DNA of 39,168 nt from a virus (Duplodnaviria > Caudoviricetes). Location: the IMG/VR virus record IMGVR_UViG_3300047561_001072, positions 1-39,168 of that record; one strand, given 5' to 3'. A program made the position numbers and the translations under genes. Each line of letters opens with the position of its first letter. The first letter of the stretch is position 1. The notes beneath the pieces are model-generated. The model was given only the letters and a program-made list of their open reading frames with translations. It was not told the origin of the DNA and did not search any database. Shown in pieces: positions 27,501-36,612 of the stretch.

Positions 27501-28488
27501 TATTGGCTGAAGCTGTTAGTTTAAAATCTTCAACAACATAATCACCATTGGCTTCATAATCACGTTTAGCAAAATAATCATTGATAGATGAATAAACAGT
27601 ATTGTCGGTTTGCTTTAAAATAGTACCATCTTCAATTCTCATCAACTCAATGAAATTATCATCATTACCTGGTGCCAATGATAAGATTACTAAATCTAAT
27701 GCAATCTTGTAACGATCTGCACCTGGAGCTTGATAGTTTGAAGATGTTGTTGCTGGATCTAATAAAGATAAATCATCTCCACTAGTAACTGTAGTTTCTA
27801 CAATGTTAAGACCAACACGGCCAGTTGGTGTGTTGTCATATTTTTCTATAATAATGGTTTGTGATAAAACTTTTACAAAATTACCAATGGAGTATTTTGT
27901 TGCTGAAGCACCGGTAGCATTACTAGCTACATCATTATTACCATTTAAAACATAAAATACACCTTCAGAAATAGAAGCAACAGAAGAATTACCAACAGAA
28001 GTTGTACCGCCAGAAATACCAATTGACGATGCTTTAGGAATTGTAGCCAAACCTTCTTTAATATAAATTGTCATTGCATCAGAGAATTTTTTACCTGAGA
28101 TGTATGTAACAATCAATGTAGGAGGATCCCCAGCGGTAATAGAGTTTCCTGTTTCTGTGGCGACAGCAATAACTCTAGCGGTAATGGTACCAGTAGAATC
28201 TGTAATTGTTTTATCAGCAAAATCTGTAACCAAAATTGCTGAATTTTCATAAAACAAATTAAGTTTGATGTATTCACACTTTAAATTGGTTGTAATTTTA
28301 CCACCAGTAATTGGTGTATTTTGGGAATAGATTGAAGAAGCAAACTCGGATATTTGATTTTGTAAAATGGTCTGTGATTGTGTTAACTCACGAGCTTGGA
28401 CGGCTTGACCTGGCTTAAACAGAATTCTGTGATAATTCTTGTTTGGATCAAAATCATCAAAATATGGAGTTACATTGTAATTTTTCAT
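21511..28488 (-). CDS. Very large virion structural protein, DUF4815/VrlC-like (2325 aa)
   Basis: NYNVTPYFDDFD..KNYHRILFKPG.AVQARELTQ.QTILQNQ N-terminus, APGADRYKI, LEYYTTLNLLE...RFKNGILVDDF and DPVAQS motifs; located after gp8. Confidence 0.88.
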   Translation of the reverse strand: MKNYNVTPYFDDFDPNKNYHRILFKPGQAVQARELTQSQTILQNQISEFASSIYSQNTPITGGKITTNLKCEYIKLNLFYENSAILVTDFADKTITDSTGTITARVIAVATETGNSITAGDPPTLIVTYISGKKFSDAMTIYIKEGLATIPKASSIGISGGTTSVGNSSVASISEGVFYVLNGNNDVASNATGASATKYSIGNFVKVLSQTIIIEKYDNTPTGRVGLNIVETTVTSGDDLSLLDPATTSSNYQAPGADRYKIALDLVILSLAPGNDDNFIELMRIEDGTILKQTDNTVYSSINDYFAKRDYEANGDYVVEDFKLTASANTASPDTYNLTVGKGIAYVRGYRIENTGPLKIISNRARTTDTISPNATYVDYGNYFAVSKLESLFDFTTMPAIDLHCVPSETVDKTTALKYNSTKIGTAYIRNLDYQYNTTPANTQTQVFNAHVFDVNVLTFIGNTTSATSTTLTINDTAGVFARANTAYVGSKLIITSGTDIADVKTISAYDGVAKKLTVSSAFNITPDSTSKFAIDFDISDIDCLYQISGSAPYTKEASANIDNSGRINGAGSATLLQSAGNSELLFKNGYKYSAAVNNSSYYSTQIFRNVGFSAVTNSFTLTSLDPIHFNGPLNSAITGESFRQLFTLINRANGAILNFTDATVGNATITSPTTVTFSSATFSGITYGIDVVAQVFVSNGNNTNLVLKDKNLIVGNTSYVGTLTTVTGSTKIDLAAGQTFIPNASITASDISLYVSDVKKVTKILSIDSNSPTGALGSYSDITNSFSIKNGQTDNFYDHASIKLLAGIPKPKGNLLVIYDYYSHSGGDGYFSVNSYLQSTSPEVYPEIPTYIAKSGVKYDLRDVIDYRPSRKNGVTSFEWEYKTITNSNNVNLKGTLIPRVLSSVESDYSYYLARKDRLALTKDSKFLIVEGTPALTPQYPTEPDGSIILANLSLDPYTSYVPGEGPAKSRSVPTNLSINKVLHKRWAKSDITDLQKQVDNLEYYTTLNLLEQKASAQQVPDANGLNRFKNGILVDDFSSFSVAETSAPNYAANISIRKQQLTALSDVENFQLQNPNAMNSFGTVKNTNTYSTWSLAGNRTNIFTLPYTIKTLIKQQLASNIISVNPFNIATYEGVATLNPPIDNWVNTVKPPSITINDPKMQFDQQNNGINVLNGGDFQSIPGTTTTTGDTQAAQETAYASQTQGLLSGEKSSAVASGMTSDNGYVNNTAVSPFIRPQEIIVRARGMTVNTPISCWFDGVNVDKYMAMPNTIEVINVTGKFKQDDIIGFYSDNVGIFYPVARVVSVYKYPNTSNYRLYVSETTNPPNTVSTTHLINATFDINGNYISSSATGTVVFNNGSLTSIHTSGVVSGIGGGYTHVDEPTPTNIYKAPDNSSYSSFLNQYGVWGDANNGGSYSASFPFTITTAGSYTITASCDNYAYINLDGSQVLSAIENYGSSSSTTVSISPGSHTISWTATNTGGVAAFGLTITNASGVVVWNSLTPSGINFSAVGSEYGMPGGGSYYIGTSKITLDSAASNIDDFYTGSTIAIRSSYVYEYKYGATYVPPYPYAGGDGDWCRFGWWQALAAQWQQAYNTAVQFRNSTIKFSAIDEFEADIIAYDGATRTATLDPKDKQVNISLGTNSQYGVLNSKYTIKGTIGSIADAIHHGGKAPSLATDERGQFIAIFNCPGSVFNSGSKLFRIDNRVVPQDPTSATTWAQAVFLAGGLQGTNIQNFSPSIDSSAGKVTPIAQQVYGVQNVSGSHDPVAQSIIVSKDNYPNGVFLSSIKLFFAPFGTTPTVPVTVSLVNTLNGVPNGQTLDYSTVTLDADEVNTSATPHYLDPKTYTEFTFTAPVYLQPGVLYAILVKSASSDYKLYYGQQNQVAVPSTGKALPTDANPTNPTKIGAAPYTGALFESQNSITWTADQTKQLMFVINNFEFDITQSPTLPFVVPKGLPTRKLGTNEIMHKADANSINTLSGSGGAQTGPMHAFNISTTDFVPTGSDIRYNYTTTLTSDYSLTDPIPCTPGKYGTPLQENIFLNDGRGERILVNESEASFELLATLSSTDKYVSPIISDDAVSLFRVINHINNMGLEGSNIISIESEGTNYNVNATTISVSSPDIGSDQAVLGFTANTTTNGIENIYIEYPGSGYLTTPTITITDASANGSGAIATVHGETSPTGGNGFAKYFTKKVILTPGNDSGDLKVYYSAYKPLGSEVYVYYRILNASDTELLENQDWQLMTPATNVSAYSKDRKDIIEFEVAPGVYGDVPANGISYTNQAGTTYSTFIQFGIKVVMASNDKTNVPFLTDVRAIALPSGAA

Positions 28489-28497
28489 CTATTTGCC

Positions 28498-29871
28498 TTA
28501 AAAACTTAATAGTAATCTTAGTTGTTCGTTACCGTCTATTGACCGTTGGACTGGAGTTCTATTCTCATAATACATCATATATCCTGAACCTACCGAGAAG
28601 TCTGTTTTGGTGTAATTCAATAAAATCCTTGTGGTACCAGAACTAACAGCATAGACTGGTTGACCTATAGTGTATGTACCTACTATATTTATCAAGTAAA
28701 TAATATTGTTTACGGAATCAAATGAACAAACTTCTGCTGAATAAGTTGAGTTCAATAGACTATCACCTTGGTAAACTCTTTCACCAATGGTGTACAAATC
28801 TGAACCAAATGAAACATAAGCCAAGTCTGTTGTGTTATATAGTGTGCCAGTTGGTGTGGATCCATCAATCAATTCAGGATTAACAACAATACCTAGTTGT
28901 CTAAAGCTAATGTCGGTTGGAATGGTACCACTCTCAGAACCATCTAGTTCAACACTAAACATGACACGATTACAACCCAATTCGGAAACTGGATCAGCAC
29001 CGTGGCCACCTACAGGAGATATCACGGCAATGGCTGTAGCGTCATGACCACCATATCCAGAAGTAGGTTGAATGGTTACTGTAGCAAAAGTATAGTTGTT
29101 TCCTGAGTTTGTTACAATAATATCACTAACAAAACTATTGGAAACATTGGCGTAGGCAGAACAACCTTGACCATCTCCAGTAATAGTTACTGAAGTTGTG
29201 GTAATACCGTCTGTATAGTTAAGGTCGCCAGAGTTTGTAACATTGATGGCGTTAATTGCACCTAAACCAGCCGTACTGACAGCGTTAGGAGCACCATAAC
29301 CAATGGTAATAGGCATCCAATCATTATCAAAGAAATTCTTTTTTAGACCTTTGTTGATTGTTGTAATGTATATCCATTTGTATCCATCTGCCAAATATAG
29401 TGTTTGTGATGGTTCTGTTGTACCTGCCTGAAGAATCGGTTCTACTGTTGATTCTGAACCGTCTTTATTAAATAAACATTTAAAAATTTGATCAAAACGG
29501 TTACGAACATAAAACGTCTTGGTCAAATTACCAAGATTATCTCTGGCAAACATATCTTCAGTATCTCTATACTCATTATATACCGTTCCAGATTTCCAGT
29601 CAATTCTTCGTACAACTGGTGACATATTGGATGATGTTAGCAATTTTGCTGCAATCATGTTCTTGAAAGTTGTTTTGATGTCAATCTGAGATTGTGAAGG
29701 AAGTTGTGGATTTGTTTCATCATCCCAAGGTTGCACTCTTCCAATAAAGAAGTATGAACTGGTGTCATGTTTTGGAACATAACCATTACCAGAAACCACG
29801 AAATAATAACTCAATTCAACCTGAGAAGTTGAACCGTAGTTGGTCAATAATCCTTTAACGATATTTGTCAT
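28498..29871 (-). CDS. gp8: Baseplate wedge subunit gp8
   Basis: YFFIGR..PW, RRIDW.SGT.Y..Y, FYV.N....FKCL.N, DGYKW.Y, GGHGADP..ELG, FRQLGI and ENR.P..RS....E motifs. Confidence 0.88.
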   Translation of the reverse strand: MTNIVKGLLTNYGSTSQVELSYYFVVSGNGYVPKHDTSSYFFIGRVQPWDDETNPQLPSQSQIDIKTTFKNMIAAKLLTSSNMSPVVRRIDWKSGTVYNEYRDTEDMFARDNLGNLTKTFYVRNRFDQIFKCLFNKDGSESTVEPILQAGTTEPSQTLYLADGYKWIYITTINKGLKKNFFDNDWMPITIGYGAPNAVSTAGLGAINAINVTNSGDLNYTDGITTTSVTITGDGQGCSAYANVSNSFVSDIIVTNSGNNYTFATVTIQPTSGYGGHDATAIAVISPVGGHGADPVSELGCNRVMFSVELDGSESGTIPTDISFRQLGIVVNPELIDGSTPTGTLYNTTDLAYVSFGSDLYTIGERVYQGDSLLNSTYSAEVCSFDSVNNIIYLINIVGTYTIGQPVYAVSSGTTRILLNYTKTDFSVGSGYMMYYENRTPVQRSIDGNEQLRLLLSF

Positions 29872-29878
29872 AGTGTCT

Positions 29879-29886
29879 TATTTATT
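29879..29886 (-). promoter_or_regulatory. T4-type late promoter (AATAAATA)
   Basis: ATAAATA in the gp7-gp8 gap on the minus strand; very close to the ATG. Confidence 0.45.
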
Positions 29887-32646
29887 TTAATTTGTAAGGT
29901 TAATTGAACTTATCCAAACATTACTTGAATTGGTATTTTGCTTAAAGCTTATGCGTCCAGATTGTGCTGTACTATACACACTATTAACTCTTATAGTTGC
30001 TGGTGGGAAAAGATAACCATTAACTGTTTCTGGTTGGTCCACATGAGTTATTAATTTGTAATTTGTACCATCAAAAGAAACATAATCATATGTGTGCATA
30101 AAATCACTAAAATATGTGGCGCCATTACCTGTTGCAATGTTCCATGCTTCTGTCAATTTACTAATATTTATAGTGTCTGATCCAGCGGTTGCCGTGGCAA
30201 TTGCAACATTAGGTACAGTAGTTATATGACTATCTTCGATTATTAATGTATCTGTGTACACGGACACAATTTTAGAAGTAAACGGATCACCATTTTTTGT
30301 GGTAATTGTGATATATGAATTTGCCAAAATATTATCACTAAGAGTTATGCCGTCAATATTTGTAAAGCTAACTGTACTGTTAAAAATGGATGCCAAATAT
30401 CCTGTTGTGCGAATCAAATCTTTTAATGGAGAAAGATTAAGACTTTCTGTTTGCATAGAATAATTAAAAGCTTCTTGATTTTTAAGAATATTGTAAGTAT
30501 TATAATTTAAACCTAATGGGTGTAAAAATCCAAATACGGCAGTTTTGTATTTGGCCAAAGCCTCTTCTACTTGTAATAGATATGTGTATTCATTGTATAT
30601 TTCATTTTCAAATACAGAGTAGGCAGAAGGATGACCATCTTCATTAGAATATAAACCAGAACCTAATGTAATGCCGTTAGTAAATGATGCTTGAGCTTTA
30701 GCAATACCATTACCATAGATTTTTCTACCAGTAGTATACTTCTCATCGGTGTAATCTCTAAGCGTTACACTTGTAGAAATTGTATTTGAACCTCTAACTA
30801 ATGACAATGTGGTATTGGCGTCCATTACACCATTGTATTCATAAGTTCTTATTTGAATTGTATTTTGTGAGTAACCAGATACAACATCGATGGTTGATTG
30901 ATATGTCGGATTATCATAATTACCTTGATACAATCTATCTCCTTTAATTGGAGTAACATTCGAACTAGCTACTAATATATCTTCAATACGCAATGAAACA
31001 TTAGGTGTAGAAACATAATTTTCACCTGGATTGCTTAAAGTTATTTCTAAAATTTGGCCATAAGGTGAACCCACAACACCAAAAGCTGCATCATTACCAA
31101 TTAAACCGGGAAACTGTAATACTGCACCAGAACCTGTTGAACTATTAATAACAACATCAGGCAGCATAATTTGATAACCCATACCACCTAAGGGGTATTT
31201 TTTACGGCCTGCAGGATCAGAAACAAAAGTTACTTCAGTAATTCCTGCAGTTTGATTTGAGATTGCTGTTACAACAGCCCAAGCACCATAACCTGATCCG
31301 CCAGTAAAATCAATCGTATCACCTACGTTATAGTTTCTACCACTAGATACAATAACGGGTGGAGGTAAAATTCCTAAATTTGGTAACGGAGTTCTTTCAC
31401 CGGTATCTTTTGTGTAATAAGCAATTGCATTAGCAATAGTTCTACCATCGTAACCTGTTCCTACACTTACAACTTCAACAGTATCAATACCATAAGTTTT
31501 TAAAAGTGGAAATGTTAATGCTTCAGCCAATGTTGAGTTGGCACTTGCATTAATTAAATTTGCAAAATAGTATATGCTATTTCCTGCCGGATTGGCACCA
31601 GAACTAAATGCTGTATTACCTAGGAAAATATTTGCTTTAGGACCAATAGTATCATTTGGTACTAAAAAGATGTCGTATTCTTTATTGTTTAATTTGGTTA
31701 CAATTGACTTTGCATTTATACCAGCACCAGTTAAATTGATTTCTGTAAAAGCACCTTTTCTGTATCCGTGACCAGGATATGCTGAGGTGACACCTTTAAT
31801 AGAAGCACTAGTGACGTTTGAGATATAAGCTTCTGCGCCAACTGGATTCTCTACGGTTGTGTCCAAACCACCATAGAATACAATAGGATCACCAACACTA
31901 TAACCACTACCATGGTTTACTTTATCGATGGTTACAGATGACAACAGACCAACAATACGAGACCTAGGAAGAACATCATCAACTTTATAATCTCTGCCAT
32001 GCACATCTACAGTCTTAACAATTTCACCAGCAGCAAAGTTTCCTTGAATTCTTGATAAAACCAATCTTACATTGTTACCATCAATGAATATGTTTTCAAT
32101 ATTTGCATATGCTTTAGATGTTTCACCAAACAATCTGTAATTTTTTGTCCTTAACCAAAATTGGTCGGTGGTGGCTAATTTTAAAGACCTAGTAGCAATC
32201 CATTTACCATCAGAAGCACGAAAAATAAAATCTTTGGTATTGTATAGGTTTACATCTGAATTGTATAATACCCGAAATAGAAATTCAAAAGAAGCCGGTG
32301 TACCTTTAGTTTGATATACCTGCCGAATCATTTTAATTACTTTTCTTTCATCTACGGCAGAACCAGTAGGAAAAAAAGCAAGATATTGTTTTTTAAATTG
32401 TTCTACAAAACTATCTAAAGTTGTATCAACATCGGCAAATTGTGGAATACCTTTGGTGTTAAAAGTTACACCGTTCTCTTGTTCCATCCACTCATAATAG
32501 GCTTTAAGAAACGTTACAAAAGTTTCATAATTAATATCATCACGAACAAACTCTGGTAATTGAGAAGGAATTAATACTGAGGTCTTATGTGTATAAGACT
32601 TTTCGGGCATTGCAATTGGGTTTAGAGCTATTGTTCTATCTGACAT
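29887..32646 (-). CDS. gp7: Baseplate wedge initiator gp7-like protein (919 aa)
   Basis: SQLPEFVR...FV.FLKAYYEWME, Y.TKGT..SF.FLFR.LY, ASDGKW, repeated G.GY modules and Y.EYTY...HP.G; lies between gp6 and gp8. Confidence 0.75.
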   Translation of the reverse strand: MSDRTIALNPIAMPEKSYTHKTSVLIPSQLPEFVRDDINYETFVTFLKAYYEWMEQENGVTFNTKGIPQFADVDTTLDSFVEQFKKQYLAFFPTGSAVDERKVIKMIRQVYQTKGTPASFEFLFRVLYNSDVNLYNTKDFIFRASDGKWIATRSLKLATTDQFWLRTKNYRLFGETSKAYANIENIFIDGNNVRLVLSRIQGNFAAGEIVKTVDVHGRDYKVDDVLPRSRIVGLLSSVTIDKVNHGSGYSVGDPIVFYGGLDTTVENPVGAEAYISNVTSASIKGVTSAYPGHGYRKGAFTEINLTGAGINAKSIVTKLNNKEYDIFLVPNDTIGPKANIFLGNTAFSSGANPAGNSIYYFANLINASANSTLAEALTFPLLKTYGIDTVEVVSVGTGYDGRTIANAIAYYTKDTGERTPLPNLGILPPPVIVSSGRNYNVGDTIDFTGGSGYGAWAVVTAISNQTAGITEVTFVSDPAGRKKYPLGGMGYQIMLPDVVINSSTGSGAVLQFPGLIGNDAAFGVVGSPYGQILEITLSNPGENYVSTPNVSLRIEDILVASSNVTPIKGDRLYQGNYDNPTYQSTIDVVSGYSQNTIQIRTYEYNGVMDANTTLSLVRGSNTISTSVTLRDYTDEKYTTGRKIYGNGIAKAQASFTNGITLGSGLYSNEDGHPSAYSVFENEIYNEYTYLLQVEEALAKYKTAVFGFLHPLGLNYNTYNILKNQEAFNYSMQTESLNLSPLKDLIRTTGYLASIFNSTVSFTNIDGITLSDNILANSYITITTKNGDPFTSKIVSVYTDTLIIEDSHITTVPNVAIATATAGSDTINISKLTEAWNIATGNGATYFSDFMHTYDYVSFDGTNYKLITHVDQPETVNGYLFPPATIRVNSVYSTAQSGRISFKQNTNSSNVWISSINLTN

Positions 32647-32650
32647 TTAA

Positions 32651-34483
32651 TTACTTTGCTGTAACGGTTACAGTAATTGCTATGGGATCAAATTCATCCA
32701 AAGTTAAAATTCTATTATATGATGTGGAAATAATTCTAGTGGCAGCGGAAGCATTAACTCTTAAAACACCATCAGTAGCATTAATTGTATTAGGTACAAA
32801 ATTCTTTAATGTGATGGTGCCGTTGGTATAATCAATTGTTCCAGCATTATCAGTTTTACTTGAGTTGTGTAAAATATATTTAACACCATTTAAATAGTAA
32901 TATGTTTTTAAAGTACCTGGAAAATCCAAAGATTCTTCAAAGTAAATATTTTCAATTAATGTTCCATCAGAATCATATTGTGAAAAAGAAGGAATAATTT
33001 GAACTTGTTTTGCACCTAATGTTTGTTCGATGGTATTTGAAAATTTAATGGTATAATCTAAACTTTTGTTTGAAACTGGAACAAATCTTTTTTGTAAAAA
33101 TACATCAAAGTCAACACCAACAATAGCGGTGTTTAATGTTTTAATGTATGAAATTAAATCTCCAACAACAAAAGTTGAATTAAATGTATTTAAATTTGTA
33201 TTGGTAAAGTTAATAATACCTTGTTTAACCAAAGCCGCAATCTGTGTAGCAGTTAATGTGGTCTTTTTAATATCATATAAAATTTGAGAAGTTATTGTCA
33301 AATAAACATAATCAGGATCAATAATTTCTGGAGTTACTGTCATTACAGAAACGGGTCTAATAACATCATCAATCAATACTTGTTTTTGATAATCAGTTAG
33401 ATAATAATCACCAGTTGGTTTAATGGCTGCATAGATAGCACCATACTTTGGTGGATCATTATCTTCTCCACCCCAAATACTTACCGATTGTACTGGTATA
33501 TTAAATTTGTTTCTTTGAATGGTTGTAATATAATCTTCTTTAGTAACCGCACGTTTTTGTGCAGCATAATGTTTTGGTGCTTGAAACTTAATTGATTCAA
33601 TAGATTCTCTGTTTGAACCTTGAGAGGCCGCTGAAATTGGAAATAATGTATGGTTTGAATAACCACTAATTGGATCCATCAACACAAAATTGTTGGCGCC
33701 AGCTGCAGCACTACCTTGAGTAATCAAATAAGAAAGTCTTATAATATTGCCTTCTGTTAATTTTTTACCAATCACGCCATCACCAAAGTATAACTCATAT
33801 GAACCTTTGGTGTTTTCTTGTAAAAAATATACAGTTGATTTATCATCTAAAGAAAGATAATCTACTGCCTGTGTATAGGTTGTAATGGCTGTATTTGAAA
33901 ATGATTCTTGAACGGCCACACTAAGGGTTGAAATATCTACCAAAACTTCTGGTATTTCAAACATTGTAGATGGGTTTGTTGTTAAATTAACTTGAAATGT
34001 TAAACTTGTTGGAATGCCTTGTTTTAAAGTTACATCAGTATATGTTGCTGTATTAGTTACAACAGTTACAGTTTTTTGGTCAACAGTAACAAAATTGTAG
34101 TTTACACCATCAATTGATTCTGACATAAAACTAGTAAATTTTGGTAATGTCAAAGAATTCTCTGTAACAGAATTAATATTAAGGTTAATTGTTGCTGTAG
34201 GTGCGGTATATGATCTTGGTGTGTAATCTAATGCTTTTGCGTGAGAAACAACGGATGCTCTTTGAATAGAAGAATCCAAAAACATCTCATTTGCCACCAT
34301 ATTTAAATAATAGGCATTGTATTGAGTATTGAAAGAAAGAACATCCAATAATGTAGATAGAGCAGAACCTTCATAATTATAGTCTTTTAGTGTGTCTTGC
34401 GACTGTAAGAATGTTTTTAGATTGTTCTTTATTGAATTAAAGTCCAAATCTGTCATTTGGACATTAGTATTAGCGCCTGCCAT
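32651..34483 (-). CDS. gp6: Baseplate wedge subunit gp6
   Basis: LDF..IK.NLK.FL..Q....DYN.EGS.LS.LLDVL..NT.YNA.Y.NMVANE.FLDS, YFGDGV.GK, Q.RAVT..DY, WGGE.N.PP.YG. Confidence 0.95.
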   Translation of the reverse strand: MAGANTNVQMTDLDFNSIKNNLKTFLQSQDTLKDYNYEGSALSTLLDVLSFNTQYNAYYLNMVANEMFLDSSIQRASVVSHAKALDYTPRSYTAPTATINLNINSVTENSLTLPKFTSFMSESIDGVNYNFVTVDQKTVTVVTNTATYTDVTLKQGIPTSLTFQVNLTTNPSTMFEIPEVLVDISTLSVAVQESFSNTAITTYTQAVDYLSLDDKSTVYFLQENTKGSYELYFGDGVIGKKLTEGNIIRLSYLITQGSAAAGANNFVLMDPISGYSNHTLFPISAASQGSNRESIESIKFQAPKHYAAQKRAVTKEDYITTIQRNKFNIPVQSVSIWGGEDNDPPKYGAIYAAIKPTGDYYLTDYQKQVLIDDVIRPVSVMTVTPEIIDPDYVYLTITSQILYDIKKTTLTATQIAALVKQGIINFTNTNLNTFNSTFVVGDLISYIKTLNTAIVGVDFDVFLQKRFVPVSNKSLDYTIKFSNTIEQTLGAKQVQIIPSFSQYDSDGTLIENIYFEESLDFPGTLKTYYYLNGVKYILHNSSKTDNAGTIDYTNGTITLKNFVPNTINATDGVLRVNASAATRIISTSYNRILTLDEFDPIAITVTVTAK

Positions 34484-34484
34484 T

Positions 34485-34877
34485 TTATCTATTTCTCTCT
34501 AAAAGAAGGGTTACAGTTGTTGGTAGTGTAGCATTCTCAATATAAAAAGTTATTGTAACTCCATATGAATTTCCATCTGGATTAGATTTTACAATCAAAT
34601 CACTTACGGTTGCCCTCGGTTCATAGTTGTCTATCACATTCCTTATTTCCGACTCCAATGAAGATGCCGTAACTGGTGATACCATCTCAAACAACAAAGC
34701 GTCTATATTTGAACCTAAATTTGGATTAAACGGTCTTTCATAGTGTTTGGTCAATAATAGGTTGCGGATTGAACGAATTACCGCTTGATTATCATAACTT
34801 AAAGCAATATCACCTGTTACCGGCTTCTTGGTAAAGGTAAAATCGATGTCCGAGTAGATTTTTGTTAAGGTTGCCAT
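34485..34877 (-). CDS. gp25: Baseplate wedge subunit gp25
   Basis: YSDIDF.F...P.TGD......AV..SIRNL.LT...ERPF.P.LGS...LLFE...YEPR. Confidence 0.95.
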   Translation of the reverse strand: MATLTKIYSDIDFTFTKKPVTGDIALSYDNQAVIRSIRNLLLTKHYERPFNPNLGSNIDALLFEMVSPVTASSLESEIRNVIDNYEPRATVSDLIVKSNPDGNSYGVTITFYIENATLPTTVTLLLERNR

Positions 34878-34881
34878 GTGT

Positions 34882-34889
34882 TATTTATG
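34882..34889 (-). promoter_or_regulatory. T4-type late promoter (CATAAATA)
   Basis: ATAAATA just upstream of the gp25 ATG. Confidence 0.5.
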
Positions 34890-34896
34890 ATGGTTT

Positions 34897-35721
34897 CTAT
34901 GAATTGATTCTTGATATTAGTTTTGTGGTTCCAATCAAATTATTACACAAATACGACTCGGTCTCACCCATTGATGTCAGGGGCTTGGTTGTATTATAAT
35001 TATCAACCAAACTCTTTACTTTACCAAAAAAAGTCACATCATTTGATTTTCGACCAGATAAAAATGAATTGGTACTGGTTAAATGAGCCGTGATTTGGTT
35101 GGCTTGGTTGATAGTAATATTACTTGCATTGATACCATTGGTCAGTATAACATAATCTGCTGAAAGTGTACTGGCATTAGCACTAATTTGAGGACCAACC
35201 AGAATACTGGTCATACAACCCATAATTGGAGAATTATTTACTACTCCATCCGTTTGGTTTGTTAAATGAACCGCCTGTTTACCATAGTTTACAGCGGTTT
35301 GATAATAAGGATTGGTTTCAATATCAGTTTGACCGTTTATAGATGTTACTCCTGAAACTTTATTGGTGTGTACCAGAAATGATTGTGCTGTACTATTTAA
35401 AGTATCGGCCGCAGTAATCATAGGACCAAAATCAACAGAACCCGTATATGTGGTATCATTGGCAGTTGTTGAATTAGCCAAAACTCTAATTTGACTAGAC
35501 ACCGTAATAATGGTATTTACCGATGTTGCAACAGGATTTTGAAAATATCCACCAACATCACTATTTTTTATGTCTTGTGCTTGCCAAGAAGTAATAATAG
35601 GAGGCAAATTTGTCATAGTTTGTTGGGTGTTGGCCGATAATGTATTTACGGCTCCATTTGGATCATCAAAATTGTATCCTAATGTTGCATATAAACCAGT
35701 TGCATCGCTAACTTGTGCCAT
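34897..35721 (-). CDS. Hypothetical baseplate-associated protein (274 aa)
   Basis: Full ORF with AGGA upstream, between the spike gene and gp25; no PAAR motif. Confidence 0.75.
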   Translation of the reverse strand: MAQVSDATGLYATLGYNFDDPNGAVNTLSANTQQTMTNLPPIITSWQAQDIKNSDVGGYFQNPVATSVNTIITVSSQIRVLANSTTANDTTYTGSVDFGPMITAADTLNSTAQSFLVHTNKVSGVTSINGQTDIETNPYYQTAVNYGKQAVHLTNQTDGVVNNSPIMGCMTSILVGPQISANASTLSADYVILTNGINASNITINQANQITAHLTSTNSFLSGRKSNDVTFFGKVKSLVDNYNTTKPLTSMGETESYLCNNLIGTTKLISRINS

Positions 35722-35731
35722 AATATATTCC

Positions 35732-36610
35732 TTAAATCATTGGAACGAGTGGACCACTTGTCGGGAATCCTCTGTTACCAATATGTGTATGAATGTTATA
35801 CATTTTTGTATTTACTGTGTCCGTCATCCAAAGAGCACTCATATATCCTATTGAAGCCATAACAGGAAAATTAGCAACCGGTGCATTAACTGATACAAGA
35901 GAGTTAATTGTTCCTACTGTATGGATGCAACCAGGAGTTGCCAAAGGTGTTGCTGGTGAAGGTATGCCTAGAGATAAACCACCTAACGCTGAAGTGAATC
36001 CATACGGTCCAGCAGATACTCCCATACCAGCATTAACACGGGACTCAGCAGTAATTGTATCACAAGTGATTGAACCACCCACATCCAAATCTGCATTTAA
36101 ATAAAGATTTTCTGCCGCAGACATTCGTATTGATCCACCAAAATTTTCATTGGCTGCAATTGATATATCATCATCACTTGAAATTGATATTTCTTTACCG
36201 CTACGAAGATTATATTCTCCAACTACAATACAATTATAATCTCCATCAATCTTTTCATTTTTACTACCAAGAACATGCATATTACAATCACCATTAATAG
36301 TGATATTACAGAAACCAGAAATAATTACATTTTTGTTACCGGCAATAATTTCATATCCATCACCAACTATTTTGTGTACAACATCACCTGTTGCTTGCAT
36401 TTCAATAAAACTTGGTTTTTTACCATGTTGAATACGGATTCTCTCCTGATTAGGAGTATCATCCATTTCGATAGAATGACCAGATTCCGTTTGTTGTACA
36501 TTATTATACGGATACTCCGGTGGATTTTCTTCTGTCGCACTTGAAGGAGGCTCAGTAAATGTTCCTTTTGTGGGAGGATCAGGTAGTTTGAATGGTTCAG
36601 ATAAGGCCAT
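35732..36610 (-). CDS. gp5: Tail spike, gp5 C-terminal beta-helix part with HxH apex (292 aa)
   Basis: YPYN.V..TESGH..E.DDTP..ERI...H, followed by V.GD/I.GN-type beta-helix repeats; ends with HTH...PTSGP. Confidence 0.85.
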   Translation of the reverse strand: MALSEPFKLPDPPTKGTFTEPPSSATEENPPEYPYNNVQQTESGHSIEMDDTPNQERIRIQHGKKPSFIEMQATGDVVHKIVGDGYEIIAGNKNVIISGFCNITINGDCNMHVLGSKNEKIDGDYNCIVVGEYNLRSGKEISISSDDDISIAANENFGGSIRMSAAENLYLNADLDVGGSITCDTITAESRVNAGMGVSAGPYGFTSALGGLSLGIPSPATPLATPGCIHTVGTINSLVSVNAPVANFPVMASIGYMSALWMTDTVNTKMYNIHTHIGNRGFPTSGPLVPMI

Positions 36611-36612
36611 AA

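Noticed and set aside
14614-36544. Plus-strand ORFs of 60-115 aa across the fibre and baseplate genes
   Set aside because: Antisense to well-supported genes, with no motifs
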